Origin: an uncultured Kofleriaceae bacterium | GTDB lineage: Bacteria > Myxococcota_A > Polyangia > Haliangiales > Haliangiaceae | DNA length: 64,000 nucleotides | NCBI GenBank assembly: GCA_964602685.1 | Contig: CAZRSQ010000002.1 | Span: 4,217-68,216 of the forward strand | Direction: 5' to 3' | Shown: in pieces, positions 46,901-54,666 of the stretch | Layout of the letters: the number at the start of each line of letters is the position of its first letter | How positions within the stretch are numbered: position 1 is the first letter of the stretch | Made by a program: the position numbers and the translations under genes | Notes under the pieces: model-generated | The model's input: only the letters and a program-made list of their open reading frames with translations | What the model was told of the DNA's origin: nothing | The model's database searches: none

Positions 46901-47856
46901 CTCTTTGGCGCCGCTGGATCCCCGTGCGCTTCGACGTAGATCGCGAGCAGAAGATCAAAGGCGTACAGGAGGAAGTGTCCGCTACCACATGCAGGGTCGA
47001 GCACACGAAGGTCACGCGGGTCCTTGAGTGCGTAGGGAGAGAACTCCTCATTAGGCTTCCGCACCATGTACTCGCACTTCTCGGCGAGAACCGTCTTGGT
47101 GCCGCGCATCTCGTACCAGATGCGCCCGAGCGTGTTGTCGGTGAGGAACTGGACGACGTAGCGGGGCGTGAAGAACTGGTTGCGCACCGCGAGTTCGCGG
47201 CTGTTGCGCGGCGCCTGGCTCTCCTCACGCATCTTCTTCCGCTCGTCCTGGCCGTTGAAGAACTGATAGACCCAGCCGATGGTCTCGTCTTCGGCCCACA
47301 CGCGCGCGAGCTCTATTGCGTTCAGGACCTCAAGAAGCTGATCAAACGTCGCGCGCTTCGGCCAGAGCACGCTCGACGGATCCCGTCGGTCGAAGAGGAC
47401 CTTCACCTCCGTCGAAAGCTCGTCGAAGAGCGACTCAATGTAGAGCCGGTAGCCAGCGCCGTCGGGGAGAAGCGGGAGGCCCGGAGCCATACCGCAGAAC
47501 TCGCGATAACCCGCGGACTGCTCGCCCTTCGTGATGCACTCCTGCACCAGCTCGCGGGCCTCCAGCATCTTCAGCGCTACGAAGCGATTCAGCGTCGTGA
47601 AGGCGGCGTCGCGCAGGTAGTCCGCGACCGACTCACCAGCAGTCATACCTGCCGCACGCTTGTGCTCGATGGCGGCGACGATGCGCTCGCGCTGGAAGGC
47701 CTGGCGAGCGGACAGGTGGCGCCCCGCCTTCGCGGCCACCTTGCCGTCGCGATGCACGTCGAAGTCGCCCTCGAGCTGCGCGGCGAAGTCCTCTTCCAGC
47801 AGCTTGCGAGCACGCTGGGTGGCGCGCTCGATGTCGTTCCGCGTCTCCTTGTCCAC
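43924..47856 (-). CDS. pglX: BREX PglX N6-adenine DNA methyltransferase
   Basis: The roughly 1310-aa product has AdoMet motif I VLDPACGSGHFL and motif IV VVLMNPPFG, and its size and position are typical of PglX. I prefer GTG 47856 as the start; it overlaps the upstream TAG by 1 nt. The track start at 47931 would overlap the upstream gene by 76 nt. Confidence 0.9.
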   Translation of the reverse strand: MDKETRNDIERATQRARKLLEEDFAAQLEGDFDVHRDGKVAAKAGRHLSARQAFQRERIVAAIEHKRAAGMTAGESVADYLRDAAFTTLNRFVALKMLEARELVQECITKGEQSAGYREFCGMAPGLPLLPDGAGYRLYIESLFDELSTEVKVLFDRRDPSSVLWPKRATFDQLLEVLNAIELARVWAEDETIGWVYQFFNGQDERKKMREESQAPRNSRELAVRNQFFTPRYVVQFLTDNTLGRIWYEMRGTKTVLAEKCEYMVRKPNEEFSPYALKDPRDLRVLDPACGSGHFLLYAFDLLLAIYVEAHGDPAAPKSETTGRTLAEDYPNTNEFRAVVPSLILAHNLYGVDIDPRCAQIAQLAVWMRAQKAYRDFGVGRGGRTPIRRSNIVVAEPLVADDNLAREFIANLGDAELGRLFMSLVGSLNLAGDLGLLLRVETLVSRSPKRGETGNLFQTREECIRTALARFVDDVAGRTSTRRRLFVDDAAHGVALLGVAEKRFDVVLMNPPFGAGSARAKKSFENAYPRTKNDVYAAFVERGIELLSARGRLGAITSRTGFFLSSFQKWREEIVLADAPPRVIGDLGFGVMDAALVEAAAYVLERSPPAAAAGRTMIIRALEETNDKNAALRAALGLSSHSTSATTYEVDPSTFSSIPLSPFAYWLTDSIRGLFRAFPALHGDDRIVASGASSNDDVRFVRAWWEVPQGLATSFSFAKGGKFSPFYDDVHLHVRWRNDGREIKAHVEQNRAAKGWSPHWKAELHNPHLYFRPGLTWPRRTKSPLSFRVLPGGCIFGDKGPALFVAADAPEYLLALLATTTSKVFRYLVEVQLAAADSKRGGAARSYEVGVLQRTPIPPNLRSHSSSLAAITRQVWSARRDSDRNNETSHAFVHPSATDSERETECVALRARIEDMLFELYAISSEDRTIIEAAFAETSPAVRSDHESAPIGDMEDELDEEGAGLADNVALVSWLVGACFARFDTRVATGERVPCSGDDPFEPLSDRSPAMFPRAEQPLAPELLVTDDGHPDDLATRVLRLAERVQAPVRDDLRTWLAKEFFPLHIRMYSKSRRKAPIYWQLATPSASYSVWLYIHSFSKDTLFRVQNDYVGGERGKLAHEERRLASMMSEAREKATAAQRKDLAVQENLVEELRAFLEEVKRVAPLWNPNLEDGVVLSFAPLWRLVPHCKPWQKELKATWDILAEGTYDWAHVAMHLWPERVVPKCATDRSLAIAHDLEDVFWVEGTDGKWTARKTPTRSIEELVRERTSPAVKSALSSLLEAPGASGSSGRGGGGRRNAATSAERGER

Positions 47857-48947
47857 TAGGCCCTCCCGCCCTGCGCTGAGGGCGCGGCGCCTGCCGCCGC
47901 AAGCGCTTCCGAGTACCGCTCCGCAAACCACCGCACGCGAGCGACGCCCTCGGACGGCGCGTCCGAGAGGGGCGCGTGAAGGTGCCGGCCGATCTTCGGT
48001 AGGAGCAAGACGAGCAGCAGGTCCGAGGAATCGGGGTCGAGCGCGAAGCGCGCGTCGCCCTGCGCTTGCAGACGCTGCGTGAACTCGTCGATCGCGGCGC
48101 GTCCGGCGCTCGTCATCGGTTCGGGCAGGCTGAGCAGGCGACGGATGCTGTCGGGGTTCACGAGCCGGATGGGCTGCAACGACTCGAACAGCGGACCTGC
48201 GTTGCGGCCGAAGTCGACGCCGGGGAACCAGCCGCGCAAGCGCGCGACGAAGTCGAAGACGTCCGTGAACGCACCGCCCTGCTCGCGCTGGCGGCGCTCG
48301 GTTTCCGCGAACAGGCTGGCGATCGTGCCGTCGCCCATGCGGGTCGACTGGCCGAGCATCACCAGGAAGTTCCGTTCCTGCTCCGACAGCGTCCCGGCGG
48401 CCGGCTTGTAGCCCAGGTCATGTTCGATCTCGTTCCAGACGTGCGCCATCATGCTGCACACCTGCACCTCGCACGGCACGTCCATGACGTTCGCGTACGT
48501 GCCCACGCCGTCGGCGCCGGTCAGGAACACCTCGATGTGGCTGGCCCGGTAGAAGTTGGTCGGGTCATCGCGATTCTTGTCCTTGCGCTCGTGGGTGGGG
48601 CGCTGGCCGCTCCCGTCGACGAAGCGCTTGCTCACGAGCTGCACGACCTGCTCCTCGTGACGTTGCTCGTACGTGGCGACGCGCACCGCCGCGAGGTCGC
48701 GGATCTGGTCGAAGACCGCGTCGACGTCCGGGATCGACTTCTTGCCGGTCGCCGCGAAGCGCCGCAGCTTGCCTTCCAGGCTCTTCGGGCTCTTGGCCCG
48801 CGACGTCACCTGCGCACGGATCGCGTTGCCCTCCACGATCTCGGCGCGACAGATCTCCGCGACGCGCGCCGCAAGCTTGAGGTAGCGGTCGTACTCGCGG
48901 TGGTACCGCTGGACGGCTCGCTTGATGGTGTCGTCGGAGATCGCCAT
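47856..48947 (-). CDS. RelA/SpoT-domain nucleotide pyrophosphokinase (small-alarmone-synthetase / toxSAS-like) with about 150-aa C-terminal extension
   Basis: Synthetase-fold motifs are present: RAKSPKSLEGKL, IRDLAAVRVATY, FYRASHIEVFL and CEVQVCSMMAHVWNEIEHDLGYKP. The gene lies between brxC (6 nt upstream) and pglX (1-nt overlap). Confidence 0.8.
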   Translation of the reverse strand: MAISDDTIKRAVQRYHREYDRYLKLAARVAEICRAEIVEGNAIRAQVTSRAKSPKSLEGKLRRFAATGKKSIPDVDAVFDQIRDLAAVRVATYEQRHEEQVVQLVSKRFVDGSGQRPTHERKDKNRDDPTNFYRASHIEVFLTGADGVGTYANVMDVPCEVQVCSMMAHVWNEIEHDLGYKPAAGTLSEQERNFLVMLGQSTRMGDGTIASLFAETERRQREQGGAFTDVFDFVARLRGWFPGVDFGRNAGPLFESLQPIRLVNPDSIRRLLSLPEPMTSAGRAAIDEFTQRLQAQGDARFALDPDSSDLLLVLLLPKIGRHLHAPLSDAPSEGVARVRWFAERYSEALAAAGAAPSAQGGRA

Positions 48948-48953
48948 GGCGGC

Positions 48954-51900
48954 CTACTGGATGAGGACCTTCTTGCCGGCACCGATGAGCCGAGCGCACG
49001 CCTCGCGCACGCCGTCGAGCGCAGCGTCGAGTTGCTCCTCGGACTCGATCCCGCCGGCGAAGTAGCTCGCCACGTTCACCGTGACGACGCGCTCGCCGTC
49101 GATGATGCGACTGAGCTCGGCGACGGCGGCGCGGAGGCGGCCTTCGCATGCATCGCGGTCGGCGCGCAGCTGCGGGATCGGGACGGCATGCGCATCGCGC
49201 TGCCGCCCGCGCTCGAACGGGTCGGCGAGCCGGCGTCGCTGGACGTCGTCGAGGTCGGCCCAGCCGGCGGCCTTCGTCAGCCGCTCGTACGCGTCGGCGT
49301 AGGCGGCGACGCGGGCGTCCAGGGCCACGTCGAAGCGCCGCTGGTATTCGGCCTCGAGCGCCCGGGCATGGCGGTCGATGGCGGGGAGCTCCTTGAAGAA
49401 GGTCTCGCGCGCCAGCAGGTCATCGAGCTCGGCGGCCTTGGTCCGCAGCTCGTCCGCGATGTCCGCCTCGGTGCGCAGGAACGACCACAGAGCCCCCATG
49501 ACGTGCCGCGCGCGGTCGAGATCGCTCAACCGGGGGTCCGTGAGGCTGTGCTCGAGCTGCCCCGCGCGCTGGATGGCGTCCTTGATGGCGCGGTGGCTGG
49601 CGTTGAACGTGGCGATCGCGTTGTCGTCCGACCCGCGCAAGATCGCCTTCATCTGGCCGAGGGCCGCCTCGAGCGGCGTGCCACCCGGGAGGCGGTGGGC
49701 GGTCAGCGTCGACAGGGCCGAGGCGACCGTGTCCTCCTGGTGCGCGACCGCCTTGCGCAGCTCGGCCACGATCGCGGCCGCGTTCAGCTCGCGCACCTCG
49801 GTGCCGAACGTGTCGCGGAACGCCTCCGAGGCCTTGATGAGCTCCTCGAACTCGATGCCCTTCTTGGGCCGGAAGGAGGCCTGGCGGAACAGGTTGTTGT
49901 TCGAGAACGTGTCGCGGGCCTCGACGCCGGTGACCGCGTCGAGGGTCTGGCCCTTGCTGGTCGCCTCGATCTTGCCCGCGCGCAGGAGCGACAGGACGAG
50001 TAGCCGCACCGCCTCGAAGTCCCAGCCGAACGGCTCCTTGGCGAACTCGTCGGCGAGGTAGCGGCCGCTGGCGGTGTCGCCGTAGTTGGCGCGCTCGTCG
50101 AGGCGGTCGAGCACTTCCTTGAGCGGGCCGCTCTCGACGCGGAAGACCGTCTTGCCCTTCTCGTCGCGGAGCAGGCCGAGGCTGCTGAAGACGGGCGGCA
50201 AGCCCTGGAGGTTCTCGGCGGTGAAGAGGGCGTCGGTGCCCTTCTTCACGTCGTTGGCCTTGGCGGCGGCTTCCTTGTAGCGGTCGAAGACCTCGGGCAG
50301 GACCTGGCCCAGGATCTCGGCGGCGGTCTTGCCGACGTCGACGGCCTTGTCGGTGGGGCTGCGGTCGTTGCCGCGGAAGAACACGCGCCCCGAGAGGCAG
50401 GCGGCGCGCAGGAGCCGCCGCAGCTCGTCGCCGTGGCGGCGCTGGCGGACCCGCTCCTCGGCGATGAGCGCCGGGGTGTCCTCGCCTTTGGTCTCGCGCT
50501 CCTTGCGGGCCAGCATCTCCTTCGAGCGGAAGAGCTGCACCGTCTCGCGATCGATGGCGTCGCTGAGCGCGACGGCCCAGAAGACGTGCTTGCGCTCCTG
50601 CTGGCTGCGGGTGCGCAGCTCGGACGCGATCGTGTTGAACTCCTTGCCGTCCTCGGCGAGGTGGAGCTGGAACATCATGTCGCCGCTGGTGACCTCGCGC
50701 CCGTGGATCGCCAGGCCCGCCTTGAAGGTCTTGGTGTCGAACAACGTGTGCGCGGGCTGCGGCTGCCAGAAGGAGGCCAGGACCTCCGAGTACAGGCGGT
50801 GCGAGTCGCCGGGTTTCGGGTCGATGCCGTTGCGCAGCCGTTCCCAGTCGTCCTCGGCCGGCGTCGGGATGCGGTAACCGTCGTCGCCCTGGCGGACCTT
50901 GTGCGTCGCCTCGAGCTCGCGCAGCGCTTCCTTCACCGAGGCGAGCTGGGAGTCGCCAGCGACGGTCCCGTGGAGCGCCGCGGCGATGTTCTCGGCGCTG
51001 CGGTGCACACTCTTGACGTACTGGAGCAGGCAGATGACCTTGGCGACCGGTTGCGCCAGCGGGTGGACGAGCTCCTTGGAGATGGCGGCGATCTTCGCGC
51101 GCACCTCGGAGCCGATGTTGCCCTCGACGAGGTCGTAGACCTGATCGAGGCGGACCAGGGCGCCGACCGACGCGTCGGCGAGGTTGACGGCCGGGTTGAT
51201 CAGGAGCTGCTGCGCGAGCTTGATGATCGTCCGGTTGGCGCCGCCGACGTGCTTGCTGGCGCCGCCCTGGGTGCGCAGCCCGGAGACGACCTGGATGATC
51301 AGGTCGATCTGGTAGGGCAGCAGGGGATAGAGGTCGATGAAGGCTTCGCGCGAGAGCTCCGGCAGCCGGATCTCGGCCGTCAGGCGGGTGTGCTCGCTGA
51401 GGCGGCCGCGGTTGTCGTCGAAGAGCTTGCCCAGGGCCGCCTGTGCGGCGGCATTCTTCGACAACACGCGGCGGCTCGTGACCTCGGAGATGTCCGACGG
51501 TTCGAGGTGGACCTGGAGCGGGAAGCGGTCCATGAGCCGGGCGAGCTCGATCTTCTTGTCGTCGAGGCCGCTGACCAGCTCGCCGAGCTTCTCCTGCGAG
51601 GTGACGACGACCCAGTGCTTGCCGCGACCCTTGACCCCGAGGCTCTGCACGACCGCCTGCAGGTCGAGCATCTTCTGCACGTCGCGGGCGACGAACTGGC
51701 CCACCTCGTCGATGACGAACATCAGGGCACGCCCCGGCCGGCGGCGCTTCATGAGCTCGTTCGCGCGCTCGGCGAGCTTGCCGGGGGTGATGTCGGCCTT
51801 GTTCTTGACCGCCTTCACCCACGAGTCCGCCATCGGGTAGGTGTCGGCGTCGAGCGCGTGCATGACCCGGCTCGCCTCGCTCAGCGCGAAGGCGACCTTG

Positions 51901-52499
51901 CCCTTCTCCTTCGCCCATTCCTTCTTGTGGAGTTTCCGGTACTGCTCCTCGAACCGATCGAGCTGGCCCTTCTCCTCGAGGCCGATCTCCAGCTCGGAGA
52001 GGTCGAGGTCCTTGGCGTAGCCGAGGCTCTGGAGGAAGAGCCCGTACATGATCTCGGTGAGCGACTGGTTGCCGCTGCGGATGCCGCGGTCCGTCGAGAC
52101 GTCGAAGATGACCGCGTGCGTCGGGATCTGCTCGTTGATGGCCTTGAGGAGGACCTGCAGCTTCTTGTCGCCCGCGCGCTGCGTGAAGCGTGCGGCGGCG
52201 GACTCACCCGCCACGGTCCGATTCTCGACGGCGAGGCCGAGCATCTTGGCGAAGCTCGACTTACCGGAGCCGAAGAACCCGGAGACCCAGATCGCGATGC
52301 CCTCGTGGGGCTTGTTGGGGGTCTCGCGGTAGCTCTCGAGGACGTGGGTGTAGTGATTGCGGATCGCGTCCGTGACGACGTACTCGCTGATCTCGTCGCG
52401 GATCACTTCCTCGTCGGTCTGATCGACCTTGATGACCTCTTCGATGCGACGGTGGATGTCGTTGGCGAAGAGCGACTTGATGGGCTGGGGCGTCGTCAT
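48954..52499 (-). CDS. brxC: BREX BrxC/PglY P-loop ATPase
   Basis: 1181 aa with Walker A GFFGSGKSSFAKMLG near the N-terminus and Walker B LMFVIDEVGQF. Size and position are typical of BrxC. Confidence 0.9.
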   Translation of the reverse strand: MTTPQPIKSLFANDIHRRIEEVIKVDQTDEEVIRDEISEYVVTDAIRNHYTHVLESYRETPNKPHEGIAIWVSGFFGSGKSSFAKMLGLAVENRTVAGESAAARFTQRAGDKKLQVLLKAINEQIPTHAVIFDVSTDRGIRSGNQSLTEIMYGLFLQSLGYAKDLDLSELEIGLEEKGQLDRFEEQYRKLHKKEWAKEKGKVAFALSEASRVMHALDADTYPMADSWVKAVKNKADITPGKLAERANELMKRRRPGRALMFVIDEVGQFVARDVQKMLDLQAVVQSLGVKGRGKHWVVVTSQEKLGELVSGLDDKKIELARLMDRFPLQVHLEPSDISEVTSRRVLSKNAAAQAALGKLFDDNRGRLSEHTRLTAEIRLPELSREAFIDLYPLLPYQIDLIIQVVSGLRTQGGASKHVGGANRTIIKLAQQLLINPAVNLADASVGALVRLDQVYDLVEGNIGSEVRAKIAAISKELVHPLAQPVAKVICLLQYVKSVHRSAENIAAALHGTVAGDSQLASVKEALRELEATHKVRQGDDGYRIPTPAEDDWERLRNGIDPKPGDSHRLYSEVLASFWQPQPAHTLFDTKTFKAGLAIHGREVTSGDMMFQLHLAEDGKEFNTIASELRTRSQQERKHVFWAVALSDAIDRETVQLFRSKEMLARKERETKGEDTPALIAEERVRQRRHGDELRRLLRAACLSGRVFFRGNDRSPTDKAVDVGKTAAEILGQVLPEVFDRYKEAAAKANDVKKGTDALFTAENLQGLPPVFSSLGLLRDEKGKTVFRVESGPLKEVLDRLDERANYGDTASGRYLADEFAKEPFGWDFEAVRLLVLSLLRAGKIEATSKGQTLDAVTGVEARDTFSNNNLFRQASFRPKKGIEFEELIKASEAFRDTFGTEVRELNAAAIVAELRKAVAHQEDTVASALSTLTAHRLPGGTPLEAALGQMKAILRGSDDNAIATFNASHRAIKDAIQRAGQLEHSLTDPRLSDLDRARHVMGALWSFLRTEADIADELRTKAAELDDLLARETFFKELPAIDRHARALEAEYQRRFDVALDARVAAYADAYERLTKAAGWADLDDVQRRRLADPFERGRQRDAHAVPIPQLRADRDACEGRLRAAVAELSRIIDGERVVTVNVASYFAGGIESEEQLDAALDGVREACARLIGAGKKVLIQ

Positions 52500-52512
52500 C
52501 GGGCGGTCCTCA

Positions 52513-53091
52513 TCAGAAGATCTTCGGCCGGTAGTTGTGCTCGGCGTCGAGGACGCCCATGAACTTCAGGCCCGCCGCGCCGTCGAGCGTGCCGGGGTAG
52601 AAGAGGACGGTGGGCACGGTCACGCGCCCCTTGAGCTGCTCGAGGAGCGAGAACGTGCGGTAGACCGGGAACAGGGCACCGGTCCGCATGATGAAGACCG
52701 TGTCGAGCCGTGGGTCGCCGTCCTCGGGGAGCTGCGAGGCGACGAGGTCGACGAGCGGCGCATCCTCCGAGAGGACGGCATGGATGGTCTCGACCACCGT
52801 GGCAGTGCCGTGCTCGCGCTCGGCGTCGAACCATTCTTGCAGCGGACGTTGCAGGCGCATCGCGGCATCGAGGCACTGGGCGAGCGAGACGCGGCGCGGC
52901 GTCCGCTTGCCGGCCTGCTCCAGCCGGGTGCACAGCATCGTGACCTCGCGCCGCAGCTCGAACTCGTCCTCCGGGTCGTAGCGGAAGATGGCGTACGGCA
53001 TGTCGTGGTACGCGCTGAGGCGCGTCCGCGGATCCTCCAGGAGCAGGATGGGCTCGAGGTCTTGCCGGAGCCGCTGCTGCAGGTCGTTCAT
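52513..53091 (-). CDS. brxB: BREX BrxB (DUF1788)
   Basis: 192-aa protein lying between brxA and brxC. Its ATG overlaps the brxA stop (ATGA). The sequence (PYAIFRYDPEDEFELRREV...VLFYPGTLDG) is consistent with DUF1788. Confidence 0.8.
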   Translation of the reverse strand: MNDLQQRLRQDLEPILLLEDPRTRLSAYHDMPYAIFRYDPEDEFELRREVTMLCTRLEQAGKRTPRRVSLAQCLDAAMRLQRPLQEWFDAEREHGTATVVETIHAVLSEDAPLVDLVASQLPEDGDPRLDTVFIMRTGALFPVYRTFSLLEQLKGRVTVPTVLFYPGTLDGAAGLKFMGVLDAEHNYRPKIF

Positions 53092-53873
53092 GCCACCATC
53101 CTCTCGGCGTACTCACGCGTCGACGCGCACGGCAGCGAGAGCTGCACGAGGCTGCCCGCGACCTGATAGTCGAGCTTGCGGAACTGGTGGAGCCGCAGGA
53201 GCTCGCGCTCGACGTCGGCGGGACGCATCAGGAACATGCGCCATTCGGGAGACGTGACGAGCTTCCCGGGGGCGTGGTCATGCTCCAGCATCGAGTGGAG
53301 CAGATAGAGGAACGCCGGTTCGGGAAGGTGATACGACGCGAACTCCTTCACGACGGAGCCGCGCAGCAGGCCGAAGTCGACGGCGAGCTTCAGCAGGCCG
53401 GCGGCGACCCGCTTGGTCGTCTCTTCCGACCACGCGTGTTCGGTCTTGCCCCCGCGCTTGCCGATGCCCTGGAGGAAGGTGAGCAGGTCGTCGGCGTGGA
53501 CGCGGAACGCGCCGGCGTCGTAGCTGGGGAAGAGCCAGTTCACGAGGAAGTCGCGCAGGAGGAACTCGTCGCGCGTCATGTGCCAGAGCATGAGCGGCTT
53601 CCAGGTGTCGAGATCGCAGCCGTGCTTGGCGAGGATCACGAGCGCGCGGTCGCGGTCATCGGGCTCGAACCGGCGGTTGAACGCCTTGGCGACGTCGCGG
53701 AGCCAGGTGTCGGAGCCCGCGCCGATGAAGTTCTCCGCCCGCAGGCGATCGAGGTTCTCGCGCTTCGACCGGGCAAGGTCCCAGGCCGCGAAGACCGCGT
53801 AGGTCTCCTCGATCATCGAGCCCTTGACGATCGTGAACGAGGACACGACGTCGGCGCGCCGGCCGAGCTTCAC
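53088..53873 (-). CDS. brxA: BREX BrxA (DUF1819)
   Basis: The C-terminal roughly 260 aa of the 462-aa track ORF have normal composition (FTIVKGSMIEETYAVFAAWDL...DFLVNWLFPSY...). GTG 53873 overlaps the stop of the upstream gene (GTGA). An alternative start is ATG 53816. The upstream extension is Arg-rich artefact. Confidence 0.75.
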   Translation of the reverse strand: MKLGRRADVVSSFTIVKGSMIEETYAVFAAWDLARSKRENLDRLRAENFIGAGSDTWLRDVAKAFNRRFEPDDRDRALVILAKHGCDLDTWKPLMLWHMTRDEFLLRDFLVNWLFPSYDAGAFRVHADDLLTFLQGIGKRGGKTEHAWSEETTKRVAAGLLKLAVDFGLLRGSVVKEFASYHLPEPAFLYLLHSMLEHDHAPGKLVTSPEWRMFLMRPADVERELLRLHQFRKLDYQVAGSLVQLSLPCASTREYAERMVA

Positions 53874-54436
53874 AGGTCGGCCCTTCGCGCGTACGGGACG
53901 GCCAGCGCGCCCGGTTCGCCGCGAGCGAAGCCGAGCGCGAGCAGGGCGATGTCCTCGTTGCGATCGGCGAACGTGCCGGGCAACGGGACGGCACGGTTCT
54001 CGGCCGAGCGGCGCAACTTGCCGTACGCCTCGACGTTGCGATCGGTGACGAGGTCGAACGACCGCAGCAGCGCGACGAGATCCGTGCCGGCGAGGCCTTC
54101 GATTCGCTCGAAGAATGGGCTCCAGTCGGAGGCGTGGTCGAGCCAGTGCTCCCAGCGCGCGTCGAACTCCTCCTCGAGGGCCTCGGGGAGGCGCCACAGC
54201 GTCACGCTGCCGGGAGGCTCGAACACTTCCGAACATCGATGGGCGGCGACGGCGAAGACGCTGCGGGCCTGCGCGAAGCGATGCGTGCGCGGGAACCCGC
54301 GGCGGAGCGCGGCAGCGCCGAGCCGGCCGAGCTGGCCCTTCGTGTTCCACCACTTCGCGAGGTCCATCTCGCCGAACCGGGCGACGACCACGCGCAGCTT
54401 GAGGAGGCGGTCGAGGTCGATCGATGGAGCGGGCAT
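53870..54436 (-). CDS. Small protein at the head of the BREX operon (BrxE-like; family name from memory)
   Basis: ATG 54436 gives MPAPSIDLDRLLKLRVVVARFGEMDLAKWWNTKGQLGRLG... 188 aa, translationally coupled to brxA. Confidence 0.5.
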   Translation of the reverse strand: MPAPSIDLDRLLKLRVVVARFGEMDLAKWWNTKGQLGRLGAAALRRGFPRTHRFAQARSVFAVAAHRCSEVFEPPGSVTLWRLPEALEEEFDARWEHWLDHASDWSPFFERIEGLAGTDLVALLRSFDLVTDRNVEAYGKLRRSAENRAVPLPGTFADRNEDIALLALGFARGEPGALAVPYARRADL

Positions 54437-54666
54437 GATGGGCTGCTGGGGCTCGCGACCTGAGCCGGCCTGGCATCCCGCGCCAGCCCCGCGTCGCAGT
54501 GGACGTGGCAGTAAAACCCGATGCCGGTTCTCACGCAAGGCCTGGGAAGCATAGGTACTTTCGGCAGATCACCCTTGTCGCGTGAACGGGCGCCTACGTG
54601 CGCGAAGATACTGTCGGTTCGGCGGCAGATCCCCGTCAAGATCGAACGGGAGTGGCCTGGTCGCGT

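Noticed and set aside
47857-47931. pglX start at 47931, as in the ORF track.
   Set aside because: It would overlap the RelA/SpoT-like gene by 76 nt and would add a Gly/Arg/Cys-rich leader (MVCGAVLGSACGGRRRALSAGREGL). GTG 47856 abuts the upstream stop and starts the conserved sequence VDKETRNDIERATQRARKLLEEDF.
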